Assembly (NCBI GenBank): GCA_039621445.1
Contig: CP154954.1
Coordinates: 35,325,703 to 35,389,702, forward strand
From: Euglena gracilis
Taxonomy: Eukaryota
Direction of reading: 5' to 3'
Length of the DNA: 64,000 bases
Shown here: piece by piece, positions 53,079 to 64,000 of the stretch
How the letters are laid out: each line of letters begins with the position of its first letter
Position numbering within the stretch: the first letter of the stretch is position 1
Translations under genes and position numbers: made by a program
Notes under the pieces: model-generated
Databases searched by the model: none
What the model was told of the DNA's origin: nothing
Seen by the model: the letters and a program-made list of their open reading frames with translations, nothing else

Positions 53079-54600
53079 ATGAGCCATACCCCTACCCCGG
53101 GTATTGGCCACGAATCGCGAATGCGAAACACGGAATTTACCGCGGTTCCCCGATTCCCGGGTGAACAACGGGATTCCTACCCCCCTGGTATGTTACCACA
53201 CCCCGAATCGCGGAATCGCGACCCCCTACAATCCGAATCGCGGAATCGCGACACACATCCATACAATTCGCGGAACCGCGATGTACCTAACCCCCATGGT
53301 ACCTATGGTACCATGAGTACCATCCTGGATGCGCATTCGCGCATGCCACCACAACAACCTTACTCCAACAATTACGATGGAAATCGTGGTCCACAACGCG
53401 ATTTCAAAGGTACAATTACAATTGCCAACAAGGTAAAGCCACAATGGGACGGAGATCCCACAACCTGGAAACAATTTTGGCGCGATTGGACATACTACTG
53501 GGACTTGAAGGGTCCAACCCAAGACGGGAACCCTGAGGTAATCAAGATGGAATTCATTGATTGCCTCCCCAAGGAAGAAAAAGAACGCGCCCGACAACTT
53601 GTGATCCGGAATCGGATAACTTTTGATGAACTGGTTGACCAATATGCGTCAACTTGTTCAAGCCTAATTTCGCGAATTACGCTTGAGAAAGAATGGCGGC
53701 AATTGGCGCCCAGGGACAGAAAATGGAAGTCAAGCGACATTTGGTATTCTAAATGGTTGGGATTGGCTTCTGACGTTGATGAACTTTGAGAGAACACAAT
53801 GAAAGAACAATTCTATGCGGTTCTCGTCCATTTCATTCCTACAATTATCAAAGACATTCACCTCGAGGAACTCGCGGACAACAAAACTCACACTTGAACA
53901 ACGGTGTGGAACTATGTTTCCAAACAAATGAAACTCTCACAACTTTTGGGACAGATACAATCGGCTTATACCCACCACCCTACCGCTGGTCTCCCTAGCG
54001 GTACGGTAAGTGCCCTACAAAAGATTCCTTCTCCAAAATCCCCACGGGGATATGGAAAAACACACAACCTCTCCAAAGGGTGATACAAAAACGCGCTATC
54101 CGCCGCTCATCTGACCAATCTTCGGACAAAACTTGCTTTTTGTGCAACAAATCGGGGGCATATGTCCCGAGACTGCCCCCATCCTGATACGCGAAAGCGG
54201 AATCAGAGCCCAAGGGGTTCACAATCCTCGCGGAGCTCCCGCTCCTCTGGGTTTTCACACAAATCTGGACAATCACAATCCTCGGTCCTCCCGCTCACCG
54301 TTCCGCGACCGCGGACGTGATCGCACACCTCGTGGTCGATCACCCCGACCCGCTTACAAACGTGATACAATCGCGACTCATCGCGATCACGTTCGCGAAG
54401 TGGATATCTTCTTCGCGATCGTCATCCGGGAAACCGCGATTACAACAAGAACCACGTGGTCGAACGGGATTTCCGTTCACCAAGACCTCCAAGGGGTGAA
54501 TGACCAGCCAATAACAAGCAAACCACAAAACCGACAAAAGTGTTCCCTTTGTGGATCACAAACCACACCATCCACCATCGTCCAAATGTTACGTTCTCGC
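53079..54600 (+). pseudogene. gag: Gag capsid-like domain plus two CCHC zinc knuckles (frameshifted)
   Basis: KPQWDGDPTTWKQFWRDW...FIDCLP...ITFDEL is capsid-like. CFLCNKSGHMSRDC at 54134-54176 has one extra G in a G-run. A degenerate second knuckle CSLCGS.NHTIHHR lies at ~54541-54585. Confidence 0.75.
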
Positions 54601-55099
54601 TCTCCCGCCCGCCGAACCAACAACCCCACTACAATAACAAAACACAACAACAAACACAAGGTTTTCGGGTTCAAAATCTCCTCTTTGGAGGAGGGAACCC
54701 CGGCTTCGGGCAGGAGGGGGATGAGAACTCTGAATCCTCGTTGGAGGAGAGACCGCATCGGTCCGCGGGCATGCGCGCTATCTACTCAACAACAAAAACG
54801 ATAAACAGCCGAGAAGTGCTGAATCGGACCTGGAGTAGGGGAGCCCGAGGTCTGTGGGCACGGACCTCTGGGCTGATGAAGACAGCCGAAGTAGGACTTG
54901 ATCAACACTCACTTGCCATTCTGCCTTTTTGCGCCTCCCTCTGTACCCCGGAAAATTTTTCGGGTCCCCCCACCCCCCACTCCAAAATTCTGCCCTGGAA
55001 TGCTGAGCAAAGTCAGGAACGGGATCCTGGAACAGTTGGAGAGACAACAATTTTACACCGGATCCTGCACTTTGCGTACCCCCCATGGAACTTTTGGTC

Positions 55100-55400
55100 C
55101 AAGCGGAAATCCGAACACAAAATTTTTTTCTACCAAATGCAAAATTTTGGTCGACACAGGGTGTCGAATTCCCCTTCTCTTCCGAACGGGATTAATTCCC
55201 AACTCCCTCTTGGTGAAAGCCAAGTACCCATCAAAAATTATGACTGCTGACAACAGCCCCATGTGCGTGGTGACTTGGGATGCTTTTTGGACATACTCCT
55301 CCCCCATCATCCCCAAGCACCACTCACAACCCCCACATATACAAAATTTTCTGGGTACCTGGAGTTTACGAATCGGGTATTCGCGGCTCTGACGTAATTT
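55100..55400 (+). pseudogene. pol: Retropepsin aspartic protease domain
   Basis: KILVDTGC active-site motif (Asp codon at 55153), followed by IMTADNS. Confidence 0.75.
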
Positions 55401-57499
55401 TGGTTTTCCGTTCCGTTCTTGCGTCAGAACCGCCTTGTTGTGTGATTGCCCCTCCCTCGGTTTGCGCACTACCTCACGCACACAACCCACACACCGAATT
55501 TCTCCCCCCAAAGTGACATCTTCCAAGATGTCCCCCCCCGCCTTGCCACAACGTTTTTCTACAACCGAAAACACCGTTTTTCCTACCCTAGGGGTAAAAG
55601 AGAAAGCTGCCCCCCATCTACACTTTTACACTTTTACCCGCACGTTTTCCCATGCGGTAGGGAAAGCGAGTAGCTTAACCCCCCACGTTTCACTGGGTTC
55701 CAAGGCGAAAGCCCAAAGGCCTGAAGAAATTTCGGTGTCGAGTAGGCCGCCCAGCTGCACAACTTTTACGTTTTCCACCAGGTGGTCGATTTCGGACACC
55801 CCTGTACACCCCCCAGCAGCTACAACTTCACAACACCCCCAAGCACACACTACATGACCGACATGCACTACCAGACCGACACTTCCTTCCAATCGCACAA
55901 GCGAATGCGAGAATTTCCACACAACCTGATTTTGACTGTGGATGTATTGTTGAACCTTCCAAACTAATCGCCTTTAACTCAACACAACAGAGTACACTTG
56001 GTACGAAATCGGTACTGAGTTTACCCCGAACGCTGAACGAGAACACAACACACCCGGGTTGTTATTACCCGTTGTGTGTTGAAGTACATCGACAATTGGA
56101 CAAACGCGGAATCGCGTCCCTGTTTGGAATCGCGAGAACCGCGCTGGAGGACTACAAGGGCAGAAAAGCCAATCTCAGACCCCGAATGGCAGAATGCCAA
56201 TCCCTCCAATACGCCTGCATACAAGTGGCAGAATGCCATAATCACACTTTTGACTCCAATACAACTGAGAAATGCCTGGTGAAGTGTCTTCGGACCACAC
56301 CGCATTACCGATGTGCCCCGGTAAAGCTTTCAGCCCTCACAGACTGCCCAATACAGTTTTCACGACAGTTTGCTGCGAAATTTTTCTTCAGGCACTTTGG
56401 AATGAGCTTTGCAATTTGGGCCCAATACCGCATCGCAAACTCTTTTGGTTGGCCAATTGCCTTGCGATTTTCTACTTGCCCGTTACCCCCGGTACGTCAC
56501 CAGCACCTAAGACCATCGGACCATGCAAAACGATGTCCCAAACATTTTGGGTTCGTGTTGTGCATTTTCGTCACAGATTCTCTGAGGACACTTGCATTTA
56601 TCAACCTCGGCTACAGAGCGCTCAACTTCAACATCCACCACTGGTCTTTTGATAATCCGATTTAGGATTGGATTTGCTGCACTTTGGGGTCGCTGCTGGT
56701 ATTGTCTTTGACTGTGGCCACATACGCCTCTGAAACGATACTGGTTCGCTGAAAGAATTTTCACGGGATAAAGCCGCGGTCGTGGTGCTGCAATTTCTAT
56801 CATTCATTGGCGAACGGTCCTCAGACGTGTAAATTCGCTGTGTGGGAGGTGTGAAGGCATCAGCCAAGTGTTTGAGATGCGGAATTGTGTGGCCCCATTC
56901 CATACCCCCTCACAGAACACTTGTTTCATTCACGTTCCCGGGCTCTATACCATTCACAGCAGACTGAGTTCCTTTCCTACAATTGTTTTGGTCGGGATTT
57001 TGTCCATTCTGTTATTTTTAATTACTGGTCGAACCAATCTCTTTGTTTTGGCGGTGTGTGGTTGTTGTTTTTGTTCTACCGCTTGAACTTATGGGTCCTC
57101 TTTGTGACAAAGAGTTCCTTCGGATAGCTCCTGTTTTCCGAGAGACTTCTTCTCTTTCGCTTTCACCCGATGGTCCAACCACATTCAAACTTGCCGTGAA
57201 TCGAAGCCCCCTTGTTTTGGTGTTTGTTGTCGCTCGTCCCACCTTTTTTCTTTTTCGTGTTTTGTGTTTCTTTTACCCCCCTTTTTTATCCACTCTGACA
57301 TCCGGGATCGGATACCCATGGAAGGCACTGTTTCCCAATTGACGTATGTCACTTGTCATAGAGAACGAAGTCGCGATATTGTGTCTTTGCGGTGTCATGC
57401 CCTCGACGAAATAGGGTGGAATTTGTTCGATGTTGGTGTGTGTGACAAAATGGGCGAACTCTATGATGATAGAAAGCGGTGCAAGCCCGAACGGATCAA

Positions 57500-59050
57500 T
57501 CGCGAAAATATTTCTTTCCTGTTCGACCTTTCAGTCTGTGAAAGAGAAGGTGCCTCAATAAACGATTGTTCTTTGAACGAACGAATGGATCATACCCTCC
57601 AAAAGCGAGTGGACCTCACAAAGCTTTTGTTGTACCCAAGCCTCCCGATGCTTCTGGACAGAAGAAGTGGAGACTTGTACTGGATTACCGATACTTAACT
57701 CACAGACAAACGACGATCCATCCATTTCCGTTACCACTTATTGAAGACCTGATTACAAAAAGCGGAAAACCGCCTCTGGTCCATTTTCGACTTAGAGGAG
57801 TGTTTTCAGCAGATGCACTTACCCTGACTCACAACCATACACCGCATTTGTAACCTCCCCATGGAGTTTACCAATGGACGGTGTTACCAATGGGTGTTAA
57901 GAATGGCCCAGCCATGTTCCAAAGAATGATACAATGGATTTTACGAGATTTACCATTCGCAATGGTATACATTGATGATGTGCTGATAGGCACACCTCCT
58001 CCACTTACAAATTCGGGTAGTGATATCCTTGATATTCACTACCGCGATATACGATCCGTACTGACAACGTTTCAAAAACACTTGCCTTTCGTCAAAGGCG
58101 CGAAAATGCATTTGTTTCGCGAAACAATAAAATTTTGTGGACACATTCTTAACAACGGACAAAGGAGAGCATCTCCAAGCAAACTTGAAGATATAAAGAA
58201 GTGGACACCTGAAAACATCAAAACAATTACCCATTTAAAAGGATTTTTGGGTTTAGCACAGTACTTACGCGATTTATTACATGAAGGATTTCGCGAAAAT
58301 CGCGGGTACCACTAACGCGACAAATCAAAAATCCAGATACCGACAATACAAAGATACAATGGGATAATACAATGCGAGAATCGCTAACGACAATTAAAAC
58401 AATGATGTTGGACAATGTTCTGCTTGACATTGCCGACCCGTACAAACCTACGTACTGCAAGTCGACAGCAGCGACTATGCTGTCGGCGGTGTGTTGAGTC
58501 AACATAATTCGTCCAATGAACTGCGCCCTGTAGCATTCTTCAGCAGAAAACTACAAGGTGAAGACGGTAAAGGACAAGTCAAATGGAGCATACGAGAAAA
58601 GGAAACGTATGCCATTGTCCTTATCCTACAAAAATTCCGAAGTTGGGTCGCCAGTTCACTCGTACAAATACTAGTGTTGACAGACCACGAGTCTCTCCAA
58701 CACTGGTACACCGAGGACTTAAACAAAGCCATGTCCTCAGTTGGCCGAAGATGCCGCTGGCACGAATTTTTGAGTCAGTTCAACCTGGTGGTAGTTTACA
58801 CACCAGGTCATACTCAAAAAGTCGCAGACCCACTCTCTCGTGCACCTTGGCATTACCCTGGTAACCCTGACGAGGGTGATGCCACGTTTCACGGAAGTCG
58901 CGAAGCCGACGATTACGCAAGGCGCGCAGACGCCGCTGACAACTTACTCGACAATTTTCCTGTCTCGCGGATTTGGCGGCGGTTGCCGATAGCCCCCGTA
59001 CGGGGAAAACCGACAACGCGGCAGAATGCCGGGCCCCCGCCGGGTCACGC
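57500..59050 (+). pseudogene. pol: Reverse transcriptase and RNase H (several frameshifts)
   Basis: RT motifs: AFVVPKP..KWRLVLDYR, LPMGVKNGPAMFQR, YIDD (57968-57979), FCGH, FLGLAQY. RNase H motifs: DSSDYAVGGVL, RPVAFFSRKL, EKETYAIV, LTDHESL. Confidence 0.92.
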
Positions 59051-60540
59051 GATCAGAATCCCCATCCCCTCTCTTTTTTCGAGAATGGGATTATTCCAAA
59101 GATGATTTTTACAATGATATCGTACAAAGATTGCGTAATGGTGAATTGATTGAGAATTACACCTTATCGCCTTTAAGATGCATTTTTAGGAATGATACCG
59201 GATACAAGTACTGCATACCCTGTGACTTGGTTGATGACGTACTTTTGTGTTATCACAACCAAGGTCACCCTGGGGCCCCCAAACTTCTTTCTTTGGTGGG
59301 TCGCAGGTACTGTACAACCCTCACCGAAAAAGAATTGTACAAGCGCTGTTTACAAATTTCACAACGGTGCCAAATTTGCCAAGCTGTGAAACCGCGCAGA
59401 GGTACCCCCCCTGGTACGATGGATTTCTTCCCCGTACCAAATGACATTTTTACGTCCCTCTGCATGGATTTTCTGGAACTTGAACCTTGCAAAGGAACAG
59501 ATGACAAAATTTATGACTACATTCTAGTTGTCGTCTGTCGGCTGAGTGGGTACATTGTAGCCATTCCATGCCAGAAAGCAGGGTTGACAGCACAAGTTTT
59601 GGCACAAATGTTTTTAGAAAAATGCATTTGCCTCATGGGTTTACCGAATGAAATCGTGAGTGATCAAGATCATTTGATTTCTTCTCGATTTTTTACAACT
59701 CTTTGCGGTTTACTCGGAATTGAGCAGCATTTTTCTATAATTTACCGACCAAAAGGTAATGGTCGCGCGGAAGCGGCAGTGAAAGCTGTAGTCAATATGC
59801 TACGACTTTCACTGGCCGAATCGCACAATGCCTGGTTACAAATCTTACCCTGGTGTTTATTTTATATCAACACTTTACCGGGGTTAATACTACAATACTC
59901 ACCGTACAAGATCGTCTTCGGACGAGACCCCCCAGCCATCGGCGACATCCCGTCAGAACGACCCGCTCGTTCTAGCGTGAGTTGCGAAACATGGTTCTCT
60001 GAAGTAGAATCATTGCGCACGGATGTGCAAAAGCGCGTAGTCGCTATACATTTACAAAAACAAAAACAATTCTTACAAGAATACAAATCACCGATATACA
60101 ACCCAGGTGACCGCGTGTGGGTTCGGAACAGTAGAACCCGCATGCAATCCACGAAGTTGGACCCCCTCTGGATCGGGCCATGTGAGATCCTCGACCGGTT
60201 GGGTACAAGTGGGCGCTACAAAGTCGCTTTACCCAACGGGGTTGAGGATGTGCACATGGATGACTTCAAACCATACTTGACTCCACCGAACGGTAAAGCA
60301 ATACCCTGTCTCTACTTCAAACCACGGTCAAAACTGCCTGAAACAGATGATTTTGTCGTCGACAAAATCCTCGACCACAAAGTGGACAGGGGTATACACT
60401 ACTGGAAAGTACGATGGAAAGGGTATGGTCCCGAAGAGGACACTTGGGAACCTGCAACTAGTTTTGTTGGTTACATCCAACAAGACTGGAAACTATGGAA
60501 CAAAAGAAACAACATTGACATTTCTGTAAACATCTTCTAA
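59026..60540 (+). CDS. pol: Integrase (HHCC, DDE, GPY/F) with C-terminal chromodomain; open reading frame
   Basis: HNQGH...CQIC zinc motif; MDFLE / SDQD / GRAE catalytic triad; WIGP module; chromodomain FVVDKILDH...[17 protein letters not shown] at ~60352-60500. Confidence 0.95.
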   Translation: MPGPRRVTRSESPSPLFFREWDYSKDDFYNDIVQRLRNGELIENYTLSPLRCIFRNDTGYKYCIPCDLVDDVLLCYHNQGHPGAPKLLSLVGRRYCTTLTEKELYKRCLQISQRCQICQAVKPRRGTPPGTMDFFPVPNDIFTSLCMDFLELEPCKGTDDKIYDYILVVVCRLSGYIVAIPCQKAGLTAQVLAQMFLEKCICLMGLPNEIVSDQDHLISSRFFTTLCGLLGIEQHFSIIYRPKGNGRAEAAVKAVVNMLRLSLAESHNAWLQILPWCLFYINTLPGLILQYSPYKIVFGRDPPAIGDIPSERPARSSVSCETWFSEVESLRTDVQKRVVAIHLQKQKQFLQEYKSPIYNPGDRVWVRNSRTRMQSTKLDPLWIGPCEILDRLGTSGRYKVALPNGVEDVHMDDFKPYLTPPNGKAIPCLYFKPRSKLPETDDFVVDKILDHKVDRGIHYWKVRWKGYGPEEDTWEPATSFVGYIQQDWKLWNKRNNIDISVNIF

Positions 60541-60803
60541 GGGATAATGTACAAATGTCCAAGATTTTGTCCATAGCCTGGACTTTTGACAAAATGTATA
60601 ATGGGCGGATGCCAAAATGTATAATGGGCGGATGCCAAACCATTTTGTCCCTAGCGAAGGACTTTTCGCTAAAGGACTACGGTCCTATACAAAGTACTTT
60701 TACACTTGGAGCTACAATTTTGATTTTACAATTATTGCAAACATACAATTATTTCTGTGTTTCTGTACACTTGGTTGCATGCGTACAATGTTACCGTACA
60801 ATG

Positions 60804-60860
60804 CCTTATTTCTTTGTTTCCCCACAGCTCAGTACTTGCTACTATCTGCTCTTTTTCAAG
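60804..60860 (+). promoter_or_regulatory. Candidate 3' splice acceptor(s) for the extra ORF
   Basis: CCTTATTTCTTTGTTTCCCCACAG (AG at 60826-27), and CTCTTTTTCAAG directly before ATG 60861. Confidence 0.4.
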
Positions 60861-63800
60861 ATGGATGCTGGAGGAAGGGGACCTGGTCCCCCATCCTCCC
60901 AACCGTATGTTCCCCCTGGACAACCTCCTACGGGAGGACCCCCTCACCCACAACCTCCTTCGGGAGGACGAGGACTTGCACTCCCTCGTGGAGAGCAAGT
61001 CCCCGGTCGGCATGTACAAGCTGCTTCGGCAGCAAGGCCCGTAGTGGCAACCCCTCCGTTACAAGCTGCTCCGGCAGCAAGACCCGTAGTGGCAAATCTC
61101 CCTGTGACTCAACATGCGGTTCCGCATGTTACCCCAGAACAAACTACACTTGGTGGCTTACAATCTCAACCTATGATTCCACAACAAACGGAATCTGCCT
61201 ATGAACAGTTTGCGGTGCCGCAACCGCGGCCCCCAAGGAGATACGATATGGCCAGTAGCAGTACCCAACGCGCTGCTTTTGCGGCTGCAGAGCAACAATA
61301 TATACAATCGGAACAACGACAATGGGCTGAACAACTACGTAGTCACTATTACCCCGCACAACCGCCACAAGGGCAGTATGCCACACAACCTCCACAAGGG
61401 CAGTATGCCACACAACCCCCACAAAGGCAGTATGCCGCTCCCGTGATGCCTCGGTTCCCCAAGTACATGGGTGAACTGACAACGGCTTCAACAGATACAA
61501 TTCGGAACGCTCTGCGCATGTGCGCAGAGGACAGACCGGATCCCTTCATCCGAGTGATGTGGGATTCCTACTGCCGACAATTGCTTGCAATCGCCAACAA
61601 ACCTATCGCCACCTGGGACATGTGGTCCCAGAGTACGATAGCTGGCAGAATTTTCTTCCAACCCGGAGAATCCGGATTTCCAGACAATGTAACCCTCAGG
61701 GACCTGGGAGTCCTGGTCCCGCCTGTGCTCCGCGGAGTGCACCCAGTGGGTGCTTACGCGGAACACATGCGCCGCTATACTCCAGAACTCACAGAAAGTG
61801 AGATGGGTGACGTACAAATACAAGAACCAATATATTTACCACAACAACGTTTTTCTTCTCCCCCACGCATGCCGCCTGCCCGGAACTGGGAGGCTGGCAC
61901 ACAATCACAATACGCTATGGAGGCCGAAGAGCCATACGACGAACAATATACCGACGAAATGGCCGAAATGGCCGAAAGTGACGAGTATACAACGGCAGAA
62001 CCAGAGCCGGAGTATACCATGGAAACCGACGAACCACCTCAACCGGCCCCTCCACCATCACAACTCGTACAAACTCAACCATCGGTACAATCTCAACCGC
62101 AACCACCGTCAACCTCCGCCGTACCGCTGCCGGAACCGACAGCGATACGGGTTGTCGGAGAAAACCCCCTGCGTCCCGTAGTGGACAATATTCACTATGA
62201 ACGAGTACCACAATCTGCTGATTTCGCTTACACATCCAAAGGAGAACAATATCTTCCCCTTGACAAAATTTACGAACTTGGATCCCATTTGGGAGCCATC
62301 AATGTGAAAGGAGTGATAATGGATGGCATTGGTCCAAATTCCAAAATTTTGGGTATACCCACCTGGGCACTACCTGAAGTTTTGCGTGTGAATGCACCAC
62401 CACATCCACCTGGTCCAATGGAACAACTCGCTTCGGCGACGAATCTTGTGCCGCCAGTAGCTCAACCTACTTCGGCACCACAAACAAAACCGGTACAAGC
62501 AGTTTCGACTGCACAATCAACATCTACACCACCTGCCGCATCAGCAGCAGGTTCAAACCAACCTACACCTATACAAAGAACAGGACCCCCAGCTCAAGCC
62601 GCGCAGTCGGCACGTGCAAAAGCACCCGCACAATCTACAATTCCTGTTCGAGCACCTCCTGTCACAACCCCTTCACAACCGGCTTCGGCTGGACAGACAC
62701 AACCACCTGTTGAACCGGGACAACCTTTCTCGGGTCAACCTCGGTTTCAGTCGCCAGCACAGCACGCTACTTACAAGGAAGCTCTACAACATTTAACAGC
62801 TCCAGCTAAACCCTACAACGTTGACGCACGCAAACGTCCGCGTGGACCGGAGTTTGCGACACCTCCACAAACACGTCCAACGCCCGACACACAACGTCGT
62901 CGTTTGGACGACAACCCACAAAGCGCGGACGCGCAACGAGATCGTCAGGACAACGATGACCTGCCGATCCCGTCCAACGTACAACGATCTTTACAAGAAA
63001 TCTATCATCTAATGCGTCCAGACAAGCCCTTCGACGACATCGCTGGACATTACACCGCTGGTGTAACTGTTACAATGTGGAGAAAAACACGAGCATACCG
63101 AAAAGACGGTGCATACCGTTGGAACGAACAAGAGCGCGAAGCCGCAAAAGGACAGAAAGGCCAGAAAGGCAAAGGAAAGAGCGAAGGCTCACCTGGTTAC
63201 GACTTGGACGTACAATTTATGATTGACCATCTGTTCTGGATTTCAGACGGATGTGATACAATTATGCACGAGTACTACGAGGGACAACACCCTGGGTTGT
63301 TGCTCCCGAAGTACATCACAACATGGTTAAACTCTACAAGGAAAAAGCTCGTGGCTTTTTCTTCGACGGTACAATTTCCTGTTACGAAAGCCAGGATGGC
63401 ATCGACAAATTGCCGGGTTTCTGGCAACTACTTTTCTGGCTTGGATTCCATTGCCTGAACTTCGGTTCATTTGCAATGCCGGCCAGCAAAGCGCACTACT
63501 TGCCACATCCAAAGCTACAATACGGATGGGAATCATCCCTTGACGCACTGAAGACAATGTTCGACAATATCCGAGAAATCGGACCACAAGGCATACAATG
63601 GGAAGTATTCCCACTTCCAAAGGACATACAATTGGTCACACACGAAATGTTCTGTTACAATTACCAAATTTTCCTCAACGAACACTACGGCCCACACTTC
63701 CAAGTGGTCGGAATCGACCTGACATACCCACAAAAATTCGTGCTTTGGTGCACCCACTGCCACCACAAGTTCCCCGTGGACTTCTGGGGCTTTGGCGTGC

Positions 63801-64000
63801 GCGGTCGGACAACCGACCGCCCAAATGCACAAAGGGCGCAGCCCCACCAACGCGAATGGGCGGAGGCCCAACAACAACGAAGACTACTCGGACACATCTG
63901 CCACAATCCCCTCGAAGTCAGGGAAATCGGATACGCCAGACGAAACCACCGACAAATGCTTCTGCATATGCAGACCTTCCAATGGAGAGCATGGGTGTCC
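60861..64000 (+). CDS. Extra (accessory) ORF downstream of pol; P/Q-rich N-terminal region, conserved globular domain; one -1 frameshift at ~63285; 3'-partial
   Basis: ORF 60555..63458, with the likely start MDAGG at 60861. After ~63285 the homologous sequence continues in another frame with no stop to 64000 (…LPGFWQLLFWLGFHCLNFG…GIQWEVFPLP…CTHC…VDFWGFGVRG…GHIC…WRAWVS). Confidence 0.85.

Larger units (their letters stand above)
49318..64000 (+). mobile_element. Ty3/Gypsy (Metaviridae) chromovirus-type LTR retrotransposon with an extra 3' ORF; 3' end lies beyond the window
   Basis: Domain order Gag-PR-RT-RNaseH-INT-chromodomain is Gypsy-type. It starts with TG exactly where the satellite ends and has a PBS. 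Confidence 0.93.

Noticed and set aside
57255-57300. FFYPPF as an adenine methyltransferase (NPPF-like) motif
   Set aside because: It derives from a T/C-rich low-complexity tract, and no other methyltransferase motifs occur in the right order.
60555-60860. Hydrophobic N-terminus suggesting an env signal/TM segment
   Set aside because: It is an AT-rich, likely non-coding leader containing a tandem duplication. Coding-like composition starts at ATG 60861.

Overview
Eukaryotic heterochromatic, centromere-like window; there are no ordinary host genes and no CRISPR. The centre (3861-49317) is a ~45.5 kb tandem satellite array of a 213-bp monomer (~213 copies). It switches strand at ~32163 through a near-palindromic junction and has local higher-order repeats. 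The ~150 short ORFs predicted inside it are repeat translations, not genes. On the right, a Ty3/Gypsy chromovirus-type LTR retrotransposon abuts the array at 49318. It has an LTR, a tRNA-iMet PBS, a coiled-coil/Gag region with CCHC knuckles, a DTG protease, a YIDD RT, RNase H, and an intact integrase with a canonical chromodomain. After pol it carries a large extra sense ORF (60861 to >64000). On the left (1-3861) is a frameshifted gene that is a clear, diverged homolog of that extra ORF (35/72 identical aa, ungapped, in the core block) and ends in a C8 PHD/ADD-like zinc finger. The main candidate novelty is a family of satellite-associated chromoviral retrotransposons carrying a large accessory protein of unrecognised type, with related copies on both edges of the array. 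Many frameshifts fall in homopolymer runs, so part of the apparent decay may be sequencing error.
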